Shown one piece after another: positions 25,636-38,682 of a DNA stretch of 64,000 nucleotides. A program made the position numbers and the translations under genes. Where the stretch lies: the NCBI RefSeq assembly GCF_963921235.1, contig NC_086109.1, positions 27,034,001 to 27,098,000 of the forward strand, given 5' to 3'. Source of the stretch: Mobula hypostoma (Eukaryota). The notes below the pieces were generated by a model that was not told the origin of the DNA, ran no database searches, and worked only from the letters and a program-made list of their open reading frames with translations. Numbering within the stretch: the first letter of the stretch is position 1; every line of letters starts with the position of its first letter.

Positions 25636-26340
25636 ATGTGGCACAGTAGCATAGCAGTTAGCATACCATTATTACGGTGCCAGTGACCTGGGTTCAATGC
25701 TGCCAGTGTCTGCAATGAGTTTGTACATTCTCCCTATGACAGCATGTGTTCCCTCCAAATTCCTCCCACATTCCAAAGATGCTTCAAAGGTTCAATGGTT
25801 TCATTTAATATCAGAGAATATATACAGAATACAACCTGAAATTTTTACTCTTCAGACATCCAGGAAACAGAAGAAAACTCCAAAGGATGAATGACAGAAA
25901 AACGTTGGAACCCCAAAGCATCACTCCCCACTTCCATGCACAAGTGACAGCAAAGCATCAACTTACCCCCCACCCCCGACTTCCCCCAGGAAGTATCAGC
26001 CCCCAACACCCACCAAGAAAGCCCCCAGAGAGACCATGATCTAAGTCCACCAAAAACTACAGTCCATAACTCAGCACGTTGACATGCCACAGGCTCTCTC
26101 CCAAGGTAGAGAGAGGTGTCACCCCTTCCACAGCAAGAGGGGAAACCAAAAGCTCACTGTTTCGATTTTACAATCTGCAGCGCACTTTTATTTTTCCAAC
26201 TCGAGAACTGGCAGCAAACTCTCCCCCCGAGTGAGAGGGCGAGAGCGTTGCTTGAGTGCAGAGGTCTCCGACAGCGGAACTTGCTGTCTTGATGTTCCGA
26301 TCTCCTGTGGCGCTTCGAATCAGAATTCTAATCTGAAGTT
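25636..26340. mobile_element. V-SINE 5' part (+, 25636-25780) followed by an antisense Rex1-tailed retroposon (25783-26340)
   Basis: GACCTGGGTTCAAT...CCTCCCACATTCCAAAGA, then TTCAAAGGTTCAATGGTTTCATTTAATATCAGAG tail. Confidence 0.6.
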
Positions 26341-26582
26341 CAGGTAGCAGTATGCAACAACTGTTGCTGACTGGACAAGTACTCCTGAGGAACATTATAG
26401 TGTGTCGTCTGAGTTAAAAAGTCACCTACAAATGTACTACATCATCTTCCAGAATTCTGCATGCAATCAGAACTCTCACTTCCTCAGTCCCAACCAGTTC
26501 AAGTATGTTTTGAATAAAAATTAATATCTCATTTCAAATTAGCCACATTGCCATCTGCTAAACACTGGTGAGCTTTACACTG

Positions 26583-26890
26583 AGGGCAGCACAGTTGTGC
26601 AGGTCGTTGAGCTGCAACCTCAACCTCCAGTGGACCAGGTGGCCAGGTTCAGTTCTGGTACAGTACTGTCGCTGTTCTCTCTCTGACCGTGTGGGTTTCC
26701 TCTGAGTGTTCCTGTTCTTTACCCCAAAACCAAAAGACATGTGTTTTAGCGGGACAGTAACTTGCCCTAGTGTGTAGCTGTGTGGTAGAATCTGAGAAAG
26801 AGTTAAGGGGAATATGGGGAGATTACAATTCAGTTAATTGAGGATTAGCATGAATGGTGCAAATTTGGTGGTCAAAGAGCTGTTTCCGTC
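26583..26890 (+). mobile_element. V-SINE/HE1-like SINE, degenerate
   Basis: CCAGGTTCAGTTC, GACCGTGTGGGTTTCC, TTGCCCTAGTGTGTAG. Confidence 0.6.
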
Positions 26891-27347
26891 CAGCTCTTTG
26901 AGCAAGATTGATGATACCTTCACTTTCCCTCACTTCAAATTTTATAACCGTACCACCAGATCCATTTCAAGATGGTTGCTCACTTCCTTGGCAGCTCTAA
27001 ACTATCACACAGATCAATTATAGATGTTCAAATACAGTGCTGTCTCTCGCTCAACCAATTAGCTACTACTGCTCTATGTTCAACTATTCTACTGCTCCGT
27101 CAGGCTTCCTCCTTTCTCTGCGAACACCTATAGGCCCACTATCCTTCTGCATTCCTCCTAAAATCTACTCATCCATTGTTGTCATGGAGTCATACAGCAG
27201 GGAAACAGGTCCTAACTTGCTGAACCAAATGCCCATCAATTCTCCATTTGCCATTTACGTTGATGTTCCTCAGAGCAACAAATCTAACACTTTTATATTT
27301 GAGTTTGAATCCCTCCACAACTTAATTCCTCACAAACTTCCTATTGT

Positions 27348-27982
27348 CCACTTTCTTAGAAGTTTGTGTAGATTCAGCTTGCCACCTAAAGTGTTGATAA
27401 ACCTCTATAGGTGCACAGTGGAGAGTATCCTGTCTGGTTTCATAGCAGCCTGGTATGGAAACATCAATGCCCAATAATGGGAAAGCCTACAAAAAGTGGT
27501 GGATACAGCCTAATCCATCGGAGGAAAAGCCTTCCTCACCATTGAGCTCATCCACATGGAGCACCACCACAAGAAAGTAGCATTCACTATCAAGGACCCC
27601 ACCATGCAGGCCATACTGTCTTCTCACTACTATTATCAGGCAGGATGTACATGAGCCTTAGATCCCACACCACCAGATTCAGGAACGGTTATTACCCCTT
27701 AACCATCTGGCTCCAGAACTGGTGTGGATAACTTCACTCACCACAATTCTGAACTGATTCCACAACCTATAGACTCACTTTCAAGGATTCTACAACTTAA
27801 GTTCTCAGTATTACTTATTTTTAATTTGCAAAATTTGGCTTTTGTTGCGCATTGGTTGTTTGTAAGCTTTTGCTTATGTATAGTTTTTCATAAATTCTAT
27901 CATATTTCTTTGTTCTACTATGAATACCCATAAGAAAACGAATCTTAGGGTAGTATATGGTAACATACACACTCTTTGATAA
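27348..27982 (+). mobile_element. Rex1-type LINE 3' fragment
   Basis: HFLRSLCRF...YRCTVESILSGFIAAWYGN; TTTGATAATAAATATACTTTGA tail. Confidence 0.85.
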
Positions 27983-28241
27983 TAAATATACTTTGATATT
28001 GACTGTCCTTTGATCTTCTTCTGCTATGGACTGTCAAGGGGCATGTGATAGCTGTCACTTAAGACCTAACTAAATTCCTCTTTTTCATTGGGGCGAAGCT
28101 TTTGTTCGGATAATGTCACCAGCAGAACACCACACCCACCAAACTGTACTGTCTCTCACTTCCAACATCACTTTCCTTGGCTCAGATTATGACTTTGATT
28201 ATATCTGTGCAGAGAGATTCTACACATTCAATATGAATCTG

Positions 28242-29112
28242 GCAAGATGGCACCAGTGACCAATGGTAACATCCTGCAGACAGCTCACAAAACCTCTAGA
28301 TACTCTTCTCCTGAACTGCGAATAATTGCAGCCTGTAATTTCCATTTTAAGGTTGTATTTTTGAGCCAACTAAACTATCTGACACTTTTGTGATCACCTA
28401 CTGGATTCTGAGATGACGATGGGAAGGCCATCTATTCCTAATGGTGGAATGCAAACCTGTGATTGGCTCTATTACTCCGTGCCAATTAGAGCATTATGCA
28501 AGATTAAAATTGATGAGGATGAGAGTGGAATATTCAGCACCATCTGCCCGTATTTGACTGATCTCCCTTTCACTGCTGCCAGTCATACGTGCAGGAGACT
28601 GAGGTCCCATTCTATAAGGTTCGATTCCTAATCCTCAAGTTTCAATTCTTTGGCGGCTCTGGACTCAGCTTCAGGAATTTTGCAGTTCATGTTCCATATG
28701 GTTTTGCTTACACTTTTTTATTACTTGCTTGATTTGATTGTGATGCCTTGGGAGCAGAACTGGCTCTGCAGCTGTGGTCTGCAGCCATTGATACAGCACT
28801 GAACTGACCGACGCGGTGGCTGTGACTTGCGGCCAACAGCTTCTGGACCGACTTCTCTCGTCTCAGCAGCTCGTGGATTCTGACTCACTTTCGGGGACTC
28901 TACAGATTAATGTTTAACACTGTGCGTTACTTGCTCATATTTGTTGTTTGCAGGATTTGTTCGTTTTGTCGTGTGTTGGGTGTTTGATGGTCTTTGTTGT
29001 GTGGGGATTTTCTCTGAGAGGGTTCGATGGTGTTTGTGGCTGCCTGTGTGGAAGAGGAATCTCAGGGTCATATACTGTATACATACTTTGATAAATGTGC
29101 ATTGAAACTTTG
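28242..29112 (+). mobile_element. Non-autonomous retroposon with CAAGATGGC 5' end and Rex1-type tail
   Basis: Starts GGCAAGATGGCACC and ends AATCTCAGGG...TACTTTGATAAATGTGCATTGAAACTTTG; no long ORF. Confidence 0.6.
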
Positions 29113-29229
29113 TAAATGACAATTACTGATGCATGAAATCAACCTTACTGTCAGAACTTTAAGTATCATTCTACAGTCACACCTGATGGTAGATGAAATT
29201 TCTTCAACAGACTGTGGGGCAAATTACGG

Positions 29230-29792
29230 ATCAGTGAAAACAAAACCTCTTGCACCTAGTAAACTGCCTCTAAGTATCTGTTCATGATCTTCTGCTGCTG
29301 AAGCCTCTTCACTTCAAGGTTTGATATGTCCGTTCAGAGGTACTCTTCTGTACACCACTGTTGTAACTTTTGAGTTTTTATTTGATTTACTGCTGCCTTC
29401 CTGTCAGTTTGAACCAGTCTGGCCTCTGTCCTCTATCCTCTGTCATTAATAAGGCATTTTCGCTCACTAAGATAAGTGCCACTCACTGGATGTTTTATAT
29501 TTTTCACACCATTCCCTGTAAACTCTAGAGACTGTTGTGTGTGAAAGTCCCAGGAGATCAGCACTTTATGAGATACCCAAACCATCCCATCGGGCACTAA
29601 CAATCATTCCACAGTCAAAGTCACTTAGATCACATTTCTCCCCCATTCTCATGTTTGGTCTGAACAACAATTGAACCTCTTGACCATGTCTGCATGCTTT
29701 TATGTAGAGTTGCTGCCACATGATTGGCTGATTAGATATTTATATTAATGAGCAGATGTACAGATGAACCTATCAGAGTAGCCTACTGAGTG
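29230..29792 (-). mobile_element. Non-autonomous Tc1/mariner element (second copy)
   Basis: Collinear with 21479-22256 minus its insert; right end CTGAGTG-TA. Confidence 0.8.
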
Positions 29793-30103
29793 TATACTGA
29801 ATACAGATCAAACAAGAACTGAACTTGTACAAGGAAAATATTTCTGGATAGTACAGAAGAAGCGGAGTTGTACAGGATAGCAGTAGCCATAACTTTAAAA
29901 TTAGAATTAGGTATCTTTTCTGCAGAGATGTCCGTCAATTGTTGATAACAACGACCAAGTTTCTCAGCAATTTGATGGTTTGACAAAACTAGTTGGCAAA
30001 TGTTTAGACTTATATTTGCATTAATCTGGTTATTTTTACACTCTACATGAGTTTGTCTTCACATTTCTTACCACCTCACAATGACCCACCCCAAAGGTGG
30101 TAA

Positions 30104-30780
30104 TTAGATTTTTAGATTAGATTAGATTATGAGAACACTCAGTCCTCTTTTTATTGTCGTTTAGAAATGCATACATGCATTAAGAAATGATACAATGTTT
30201 CTCCGGAGTGATATCACAGAAAACAGGACAAACCAAAGACTTACACTGACAGAACCATATAATTATAACATATAGTTATAGCAGTGTAAAACAATATCAT
30301 AATTTGATGAAGAACAGACCATGAGCACAGTAAAAAAAAAGTCTCAAGGTTCCGAGTCGATCGACTCCCGAGTCCCCGACAGCAGGCGGCAAAAGGGAGA
30401 AACTCCCTGCCATAAACCTCCAGGCACTGTCAACTTGCTGATGCCTTGGAAGCAGCCGACCACAGCCGACACTGAGTCCATCCGTCCGAAAACTTCAAGC
30501 TTTCGACCAGCCTCTCCGATACAGCCTCCCCAGCGCCATCCTCTGCTGAGCGCCTTCGATCTCTCCCCGGCCGCTGAAACACGCAAAGCCGAGGATTTTG
30601 GGGCCTTCAGCTCCGGAGATTCCGGCTACCACACAGTAGCAGTGGCAGTGAAGCGGGCATTTCAGAAGTTTTCCAGATGTTCCTCCGTACTCTCACGTCT
30701 GTCTCCATCAAATCAGAATTGTGCACGGTCCCCTACTTGACAGATAACAGACATTATCACCGAAGTGGCCGCGCACGCTT
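30104..30780 (-). mobile_element. Young CpG-rich non-autonomous retroposon with (TCTAA)n tail
   Basis: (TTAGA)n at the left end next to TTTATT (minus-strand AATAAA); GC/CpG-rich body contrasts with the flanks. Confidence 0.65.
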
Positions 30781-30799
30781 AAAGATTAGGTGATCTTTA

Positions 30800-31075
30800 T
30801 CTATTACATGTACAGTAAATTGAAATATCAAAACATACAGTGAAAGGCGTCATTTGCATTAACAACCAACATAGCCCAAAGGTGTGCTGGAGGCAGCCCG
30901 CAAGTATCACCATGCTTCTAACCCTAACCCGTATGTCTTTGGAATGTGCCAGCAAACTGCAGCACCTGGAGGAAACTTGAATGGTCATGGGTACAACATA
31001 TAAATTCCTACAGGCTGTGGCAGGAATTGACTCTGAATCGCCGGTGCTGTAAAGCTTTGCACTAATTGTGTCGTC
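30800..31075 (-). mobile_element. tRNA-derived SINE
   Basis: Antisense V-SINE-like core GTATGTCTTTGGAATGTG...GCACCTGGAGGAAAC. Confidence 0.6.
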
Positions 31076-31949
31076 CTACACCTTTACCTGACACCTATGA
31101 CCTTTAGTATATTATCCTTACTAAGCAATTCATTCACACTTTCTTCCTAAATCAGTATCTATATCATACATTGTTCTGAACTGTCTCCAAGATAAAGAAA
31201 AGTACTGGAAAGAACTTATTAATTCATTGCACAGAATTCAGCATCTTTAGAATGATAATTGGAGGTCAGGTACATTGAACTAGGACTGCTGATTGGCAGG
31301 GTAATCAGTGTGCCGCTACATCCATACTTAAGACATGTAACTATTATCACCGCAGAGGGCAGAATCTGTGAAAGCAAAGGGGGCAGGGGATTATTTTATG
31401 TGTAACTCTCTCTGATAGATGCTGTTCTTACTGGTAAACAAAGTGTAATGGATGACCAGGTTATCCCACTGACAGCTACAATCTGACCTTGCTCTAACCT
31501 CTTTCAAATGCCAACACGATGTAACATTGCTCTCAGCTCTAAGTCTGTCAGATCTGCTGCAAGATCAGTATTGTAATGCATTCTGTCTTTTACTTTACTA
31601 CATCACAGGAGGCCATTTGACCCATAGTGTTTCTGCTAGCTCCCAACAGAGCAATCTGATCAGTCCCACTCCTCTTCCTCTGTCCCTTGTAGACCTGTAC
31701 CATTCTCCTCTGCACGCCTGTTATCTCTCCTTTGGATCCTACATGTAGGAGTCATTTACAATATCCAATTAACACACTAACATATTTTTGTGGAATGGAA
31801 GGAAGCTGGCACAGCCAGCAGAAATACGCAGTGTCATGGAGGTTCCACACACAGAGAGCAGGGTGGGGGTAGGGGATGTGAAGGGAGTTGTTCATAACGG
31901 CAGAAAGTATCAAGCAAAGCTTTCAAGAAATTACAGACTGATCCAGTTA

Positions 31950-33622
31950 GAGGGTGATGCAGAGGTACTGATGGCCATTCGATCCATCAAGACTGCTCTG
32001 CCATTCTATCACGGCTGATTTATTATCCCTTTCAACTCCATTCTCCTGTCTTCTCCACATAACCTTTTAGTCTCTTACTAATTAAGAACCTACCAACCTT
32101 TATTTTAAACATACTCAATGACTTGGCCTCCACAGCTGTCTGTGGCAATGAATTCCACAGAGTCACCTCCCTTTGGCTAAAGAAATTCCTCCTCATCTCT
32201 GTTCAAAAGGATCATCCTTTTTTTCTGAGGTCATGCTCTCTGGTTCCAGAGTCCCCCATTATAGGAAACATCCTCTCCACATCTACTCTTATCTGGTGAT
32301 GGTATTGGGTTTGCTGATCACAAAGTTCTAAACTCAGTTGAAGACCTTAAGTTCTATCTCTATAGAGGAGGATAGACAAACTCAAAATGAGGACCTTAAG
32401 ACCTTAGCCCTCTACATAACTACGGATACCTTCACTAAATAGAAGTTATACTGTAACTACCTAATCTTCAAAGACTAGTTCACTTTCCTGTTGTTCTGCA
32501 CAGTGAGTTTAGCTGGCAATACCCACTATTTGAGTCAAGGGCCCCCCCTCTCCCTACCAAGGAGAGGATAATTCCAGCTACCAAAGTAGTTCAAACACAG
32601 TCTATTTATTTTCTGCGATACACATTTAAATCCAGATAACATTCTTAGATCACATTTAAAACTCACAGAGGATTTGTATCTTATAAAAGATTTCCAAATT
32701 TCAAAACTTGTCTAAAACTCAAAGGATTTCCAAAACACAGGTAACATTTCCTATAAGCTAAAAACTCATGCCAACAATGCAGGCAAATGGATTGTCCATC
32801 GAAGAAATCGAAGCTAGAGGAATGGATTCTAGTCCATCCTGTGTTTCTTCCGTTCTTCTTGATGTTCCTTAACTATTTGCTAAAAAGACTGAACTGCTCC
32901 AGACATGTATAAATGGTTTTTCTGCCACTTCACACATATATATTTCCTTAGATACCCTTTTACACAAACGGTCTAAAAGCTTCTTGGAGACAGAGTTTCC
33001 AGATTCCCACAATTAATATTATGATGCTGACTCAATGAGTACACAAACCTTCCACTTTGTTAACATGTCATCCATTGATATGCTAAATGACACTATCCAT
33101 CTGGTCTGCAAGCTTCCTTGAACTAAATAACTTACCCAGCGCTGTCTGTTTGAAGCAAGCCCAATTAAATAACCCAACATCTTATACTGTATCTCTTGAA
33201 AAGTCAGTCCAGGTGCTGTGACCCAACATCCTGCTTTCCATAGACAGTGCATCTTTTTGCAAAGATGTCCTTTCAACTTCAAACTGAGTATTTGCTTGCC
33301 ACTTACATTAAAAGCTGAAGACTGGCCCCCATTTATGACTAGCAGCTAAGCAAAAATTATTCAGCAAACAACCCTTTGATCTCTGGAAGTGTCAGCTGCT
33401 GGCAGCTAGACAAAATTATTCAAAAATAACTCTTTGATCTCTAGAAGTGTCTGCTGCTGTGTTTAGAAAGCAGATCTTATCAAAATAGAAGAGGTCTCCT
33501 GGCCCATGAAGCTAATATCCATCACAATCTAGGCCTTTCAATATTTGATGGCCTTCAATGAGATCCCCCTTATTCTTCTAAACTCTAGTGAGTGCAGGCC
33601 CAAAGCCATCAAACACTCATCA
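31950..33622 (-). mobile_element. CR1 LINE 3' end split by a solo LTR
   Basis: CR1 text ...CCACATCTACTCTTATCT | AGGCCTTTCAATATT resumes after the LTR; compare 57610-57640. Confidence 0.8.
32295..33526 (-). mobile_element. Solo LTR, 1232 bp (second family)
   Basis: Termini GGTGATGGTATT...AATATCCATCACA (first base mutated), 4-bp TSD ATCT (32291-32294 / 33527-33530); orientation inferred from minus-strand AATAAA near 32605. Confidence 0.8.
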
Positions 33623-33944
33623 GAAGGGTCAATCAACAAGAATGATGGCTTGACTTGCTACAGTCACATAGTTTTTATAGCTTTTGCTTGGGTTTTACAA
33701 CCAATAAAGAGAAACTCAAACATAATGTTCCTGGAAAGATAGTCACAGAGCTGGAAGGCAACGGGAAGGAAGTTCAGGGACTTCAGAGGAAAGTGAGGTT
33801 GCAGATGTGTAGATGGCCTACAAGGACACAGGGGGACCTATTTTCTGGGGGACCTACTCTGACTTTCTAATTTTCCATGTACAAATAAAAAGCAAATTCA
33901 GCAACTGAGAGGCTAAAAGTGAAATGCTGATTATGCAAAACAAA

Positions 33945-34160
33945 TTCCTGTCGTCTGTAAAACTTCAGTTCTGTAGCTGTTTGCTTACTTTTATTATTTG
34001 CATGATTTGTTCCCTCCCCCCCAGCACATTGGGTGTTTGATGGCCTTTTTAAAATGAGTTCTTTCGAAGTTTTTTTTGTTTTGCGTCTGCCTGTAAGAAG
34101 ACGAATCTCAAGGTTGTATAATGTGTACATACTTTGATAATAAATGTGCTGGAACTTTGA
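33945..34160 (+). mobile_element. Rex1-type 3' tail fragment
   Basis: AAGACGAATCTCAAGGTTG...TACTTTGATAATAAATGTG. Confidence 0.7.
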
Positions 34161-35254
34161 AGAAAAGTAAACTGACCAGAAAATTCTAAATGCTTTGCTT
34201 CACCTGTCCTGAATTTTCTCTCTGATTAGTGCATCAATAATATTATGCAGCATAAACTAGTCATTATGTTACCATTAAGCCGATCATAATATTTGCCAAT
34301 AAAATGGCTGGGAACTTGGTCAATGAATTTTAGAACATGGTGTAAGTATTGGGATTTTTGGAATGGAATATGGTCCAAGTGCACTTTTCTTTTACAGAAT
34401 ATGGACACTACTGACAGTTGTTGTTCCTAGTTGCCCTAAATGGAGAGTCAGTTAATAGTCCAGTGTGGTTTGGAGTCAGACATATGTCAGACTGGGTAAA
34501 GACAGCAGATTTCCCTCTCAGAATGACATTCATCAGTTTTGTTTTTAGGAAATTTTGGTAGCTAGCAATACAGAAGTTAGCATTAAAAAGCAGGTTTATT
34601 AAATTATTTCACTTTATATTCCCCCATTTGCCATGATGTGATTTGAGCTCAGATCTCTGACCCAATGGTACAGAAGACTGATAGCCAAAGAAAAATTACG
34701 GAAGTACCATACCTCACTGGCCTCAGTGAGTACTCATTGTGAATTAAAGGTTAGTAGGAAACATTGAGCCAGCGCTTTCTTAGCCTGTCATTAAGAAATT
34801 TGAGCTGCACTGTGATGGTGACACTAATAGAGACATAATTTGATGCAAGTTGCTATCATGCTGTGCACAGAGAAAAATATCAAATGAAAGAGTGTCAAGC
34901 TATGGAAAATTTCCTTTTATTCATCAACTTAACTATGATTATTAATAATTGCTTTAAATAGTGGACAATAAAAATGATGCCCGGTAATTTCACCTTTTTT
35001 TAATTCAAAAAGCAATTTATGCATTGAACCAACCAGATTATTTTTTCACTTGAAAATCAGACCACAGCATTATAAAGTGGTTCAATGTTTAGAGGCCACG
35101 TTATTTTCAGGTATTAAATAAATGTGTTCATGGCTGTGTGAAGTAAGGTCACCAAAATTTGAATTTAATTCTGATGTTGAATAACTTCTATGACAGAGAA
35201 AGCTGTGTGAGATTGCAACACTGCCGAAAGAAATCACCAAAAGGATGATCTGGT

Positions 35255-35990
35255 TCAGCCATGTTGATGTCACAGCCAGGGATGTTCTACTTCCTCAGGA
35301 GGGCGAAGAAATCTAATATCTCTCTTCTGCCCCTCATCAATTTTACCGAAGAGCCATAGAAAACATCTTGGATGCGTCACAGCTCAGTAGGGCAACAGCG
35401 CTGCCCATGAAAGCAAGGTACTGCAGAGGGTTGTGGACACACTTCTGGTTGCCTCGGTAAAGCAGCCAGCATAGTCAAAGACTCTGTCCATTCTGAATAT
35501 TCTCTCTTTTCTCTCCTCTCTGGCAGAAGATATAAAACCTGAAAGCATGTATCATCAGGCTGATGGACACTTCTATCCCACTGGAAAGTGCTTTCAGCTT
35601 CCCTCATACAATAAGATGGACTTTTGACTCGACAATTTTCCTGTAATTCTGTATTCTGTTATTGTTTTACCTTGTACTTCCTCAAAGAACAGTTGAAATG
35701 AATTTATCTGTAGGAACAGCATGTAAGACAAGTTTTTCACTGTACCTCAATAAATAAAGGCATCCGTTAGTCTTGCGAGACCATGGACCTGCGCCTGGAA
35801 AGTCTTCACTCTCCAGGGCGCCCGCCTGGGCAAGGTTGTATGGAAGACCAGCAGTTGCCCATGCTGCAAGTCTCCCCTCTCCACGACACCAATGTTGTCC
35901 AAGGGAAGGGCATTAGGACCCATACAGCTTGGCACCAGTGTCATCGCAGTGATGTCTCAGTACATGTGACAATAATAAACCAATTTATGA
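35255..35990 (+). mobile_element. Degenerate Rex1-type 3' fragment with an antisense RTE-type SINE insertion (35750-35955)
   Basis: Tail TTTTCACTGTACCTCA | GTACATGTGACAATAATAAAC is split by a GC-rich 206-bp insert flanked by CTCA. Confidence 0.65.
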
Positions 35991-35999
35991 ATTTACTTT

Positions 36000-36378
36000 G
36001 GGTGGTGGGGTGGAGCTACGTCTCTACTAAAGGATATGTAAGGCACTCCTTCCCTCCGTTAGCCTGCAAGTCACTCTTGGGCAAGCTGTAGCACCTGGTT
36101 AGCTCCCTGATCAGGGTCATGTGAAGCCACGGGAACAAGTGGTGGATGGTCGTAAGAGCAGCTGGTGCATATCACGAGTCAGGATTATGTGGCCATTGAC
36201 ACCAGACAGACGATCTCTGAAGAGTATTGCTCATGGCTGGGGTCACCTGCCTTGTAAAGACACTGCCAGAAGAAGGCAATGGCAAACCACTTCTGCAGAA
36301 AAAATTGCCAAGAACAATCATGGTTATAGATAGACCATAGTCACCTACATCATATAAAATGGCGCACAATGAAGATGG
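36000..36378 (+). mobile_element. RTE/BovB-related SINE
   Basis: AGAAGGCAATGGCAAACCACTT...TTGCCAAGAA resembles the Bov-A/RTE 5' UTR motif. Confidence 0.6.
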
Positions 36379-37164
36379 TGACCAATTTATTTAACATGAA
36401 GGAATTTTGCAACACTAGAGAAAACACTGAATCTCTCCTGTGATCTCAACACAAGGATACTTTTCAAGCCAAGTCACCGGGTGACTTTCATTTCACTCTC
36501 AATAAGGGGTGAACAGTCTGGCTGCCTGTAGCTAATTTGGTAGTGAGCTGCTCATTAGCTTTATTGATCACTATGGCAGGGATAGAATGTGCCAAGGTCC
36601 AGCTGTTGAGGCTCTCTGCCAAGGCCTGGGCTTTTTAATGTACATGCTAGTACTTCCTCTCCTTTAATGATTACCATCCAATGGCCTTCATGATGACAAC
36701 TTGTAACAACCCTTCCGGTTGTGTTTTCCTTCTGAATTAATGACAGCATTGTCACCTCATTAGGTTCTTATTTGAAAGAATTATTGCCCCATTAACTTGT
36801 CACTTGATCTTTCACCAACACTTATAGACAAAAATTAAACAACAGCCCTTGTGATATCTGTACAACCTGCCGTGGGTGTTTCGTCTTTGCCAAACCCTTC
36901 ACTTCACTTTTCCTGTGCTTGTTTACAATCTATGCATTAATCATTCTTTTTGCCTAAGTACATAGGCAGAGTGCCACAAGACATCCTTTCAAGAGAAACC
37001 ATAACAGAGCCCTGTGTCACCTATAATAAACACAAATATGCACTTGTGGAACTGCTCTTACAAGAAAATATGCAACTTAAAGATGAAAATTTATCAGATG
37101 CTGTTGATAAAGTTAATGGTATTTTATATATGTCCTCTATCATCACTAAAAATGCATTGTCACA

Positions 37165-38682
37165 GTAAAATGGACCTGGGAACCCACAAGGAACCCAGCT
37201 ATGCCTGCCTTTTCGTTGACTATGCAGAACAGTCTATGTTCCAAGACTTCCCAAGTATTGTTCCCCAACTCTTTCTCCACTACATTGATAACTGCATTGG
37301 TGCTGCTTCCTGCACCCTTGCTGAACTTGTCAATTTCATCAATTTTGCCTCTAACTTCCACACTACACTTAAATTCACTTGGTATATTTCTGACACATCC
37401 CTCCCCTTCCTTGAACTCTTTCTCTCCATCTCTGGAGACAAACAGTTGGCCCACATCTTTTAGAAACTTACCGATTCCCACAATTACCTTAACTATACCT
37501 CTTCCCACCCTGTCTCCTGTAAAAATGCTATTCCCTTTTCTCAGTTCCTTCACCTCTGTTCCCAAGATGAGGTTCTCCCTTCCAGTACATCATAGATGCC
37601 CTCCTTCTTCAAAGAATGCGGTTTCCATTCCTCCAATATTAATGCTGCCCTCACCTGCATCTCCTCCATTTCCTGAACATCTGCACTCACCCCATTTTCC
37701 TGCCACTTTAACAGTGATAGAGTTCCTTTTGTCCTTATCTACCACCACCCTATGCATCCAACACATCATCCTTCGCAACTTCCTCCATCTCCAAAAGGAT
37801 CCTACCACCCAACATAGCTTTACCTGTCCCCCGCTGCCATGATTTCCTGGTCTATTTGTCCTGCCCCATTAATAGCCCACCTGGCACTTATCCATGGAAA
37901 TGACTCAAATGCAACACCTGCCCATTTACCTCCTCCTTCACTTCCATTTAGAGCCCTGAGTAGTCCTTCCAGGTGAAGCAACACTTCACCTGTGAACTTG
38001 CTGGGGTCCTCTGTTGTGTCTGGTACTCCCCATGTGTCTGTGGCCTTCTCTACATCGGTAAGACCCGCTGTAAATTGGGGGTCAATTTACTTCCACACTT
38101 CAGCTCCATCCGCCAAAAGCGGAACTTCCCAATGGCCAAACATTTTAATTCCGATTCTCATTCCTATTCCAACATGTCCATCAATGGCCTTGTCTTGAGC
38201 CAAGATAATGCCACCCTCAGGGTGGAGGAGCAACACCATATTTTCCATTTGGGTAGCCTCCAGCCTAATGGCATGAATATTGATTTTTCCTTTCAGTAAA
38301 AACACTTTCTCTTCCCCCCCCTCCTTCTATACCCCACCCTGGTCTTTTGCCTCTTCTCATCCGTCTGTCACCTCCCCCTGGTGTCCTTCTCCTTTCCTTT
38401 CTCCCATGGTCTCTCTTCTCTCCTATCGGAGTCCTTCATCTCCAGCTCTTTATCTTTCCCACTAGCCTGCCTTCACCAGTCATCTTCCAGTTATACTTCT
38501 TCTCCTCCCCCATCTTTTTATTCTAGCATCTCCCCCCTTCCTTACTGGTCCTGAAGAAGGGTCTCAGCCTGGAAAGTCGACTGTTTATTAATTTCCATCA
38601 ATGTTGCCTAGCCTACTGGGTTCCTCTGGCATTTTGTGTGTGTTGCTTTGGATTTCCAGCATCCGCAGACTTTTTTTTGTGT
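37165..38682 (+). pseudogene. Penelope-like retroelement, 5'-truncated: RT C-half, GIY-YIG endonuclease and pLTR
   Basis: LGTHKEPSYACLFV...LHYIDNCIG...LKFTW...LPFLEL (RT; YIDD mutated); CGLLYIGKT...HF (GIY-YIG); pyrimidine-rich pLTR with decayed hammerhead at 38547-38582. Confidence 0.92.

Noticed and set aside
36000..36130. Possible HDV-like ribozyme at the RTE-SINE 5' end
   Set aside because: Local hairpins are present, but I could not build the nested double pseudoknot
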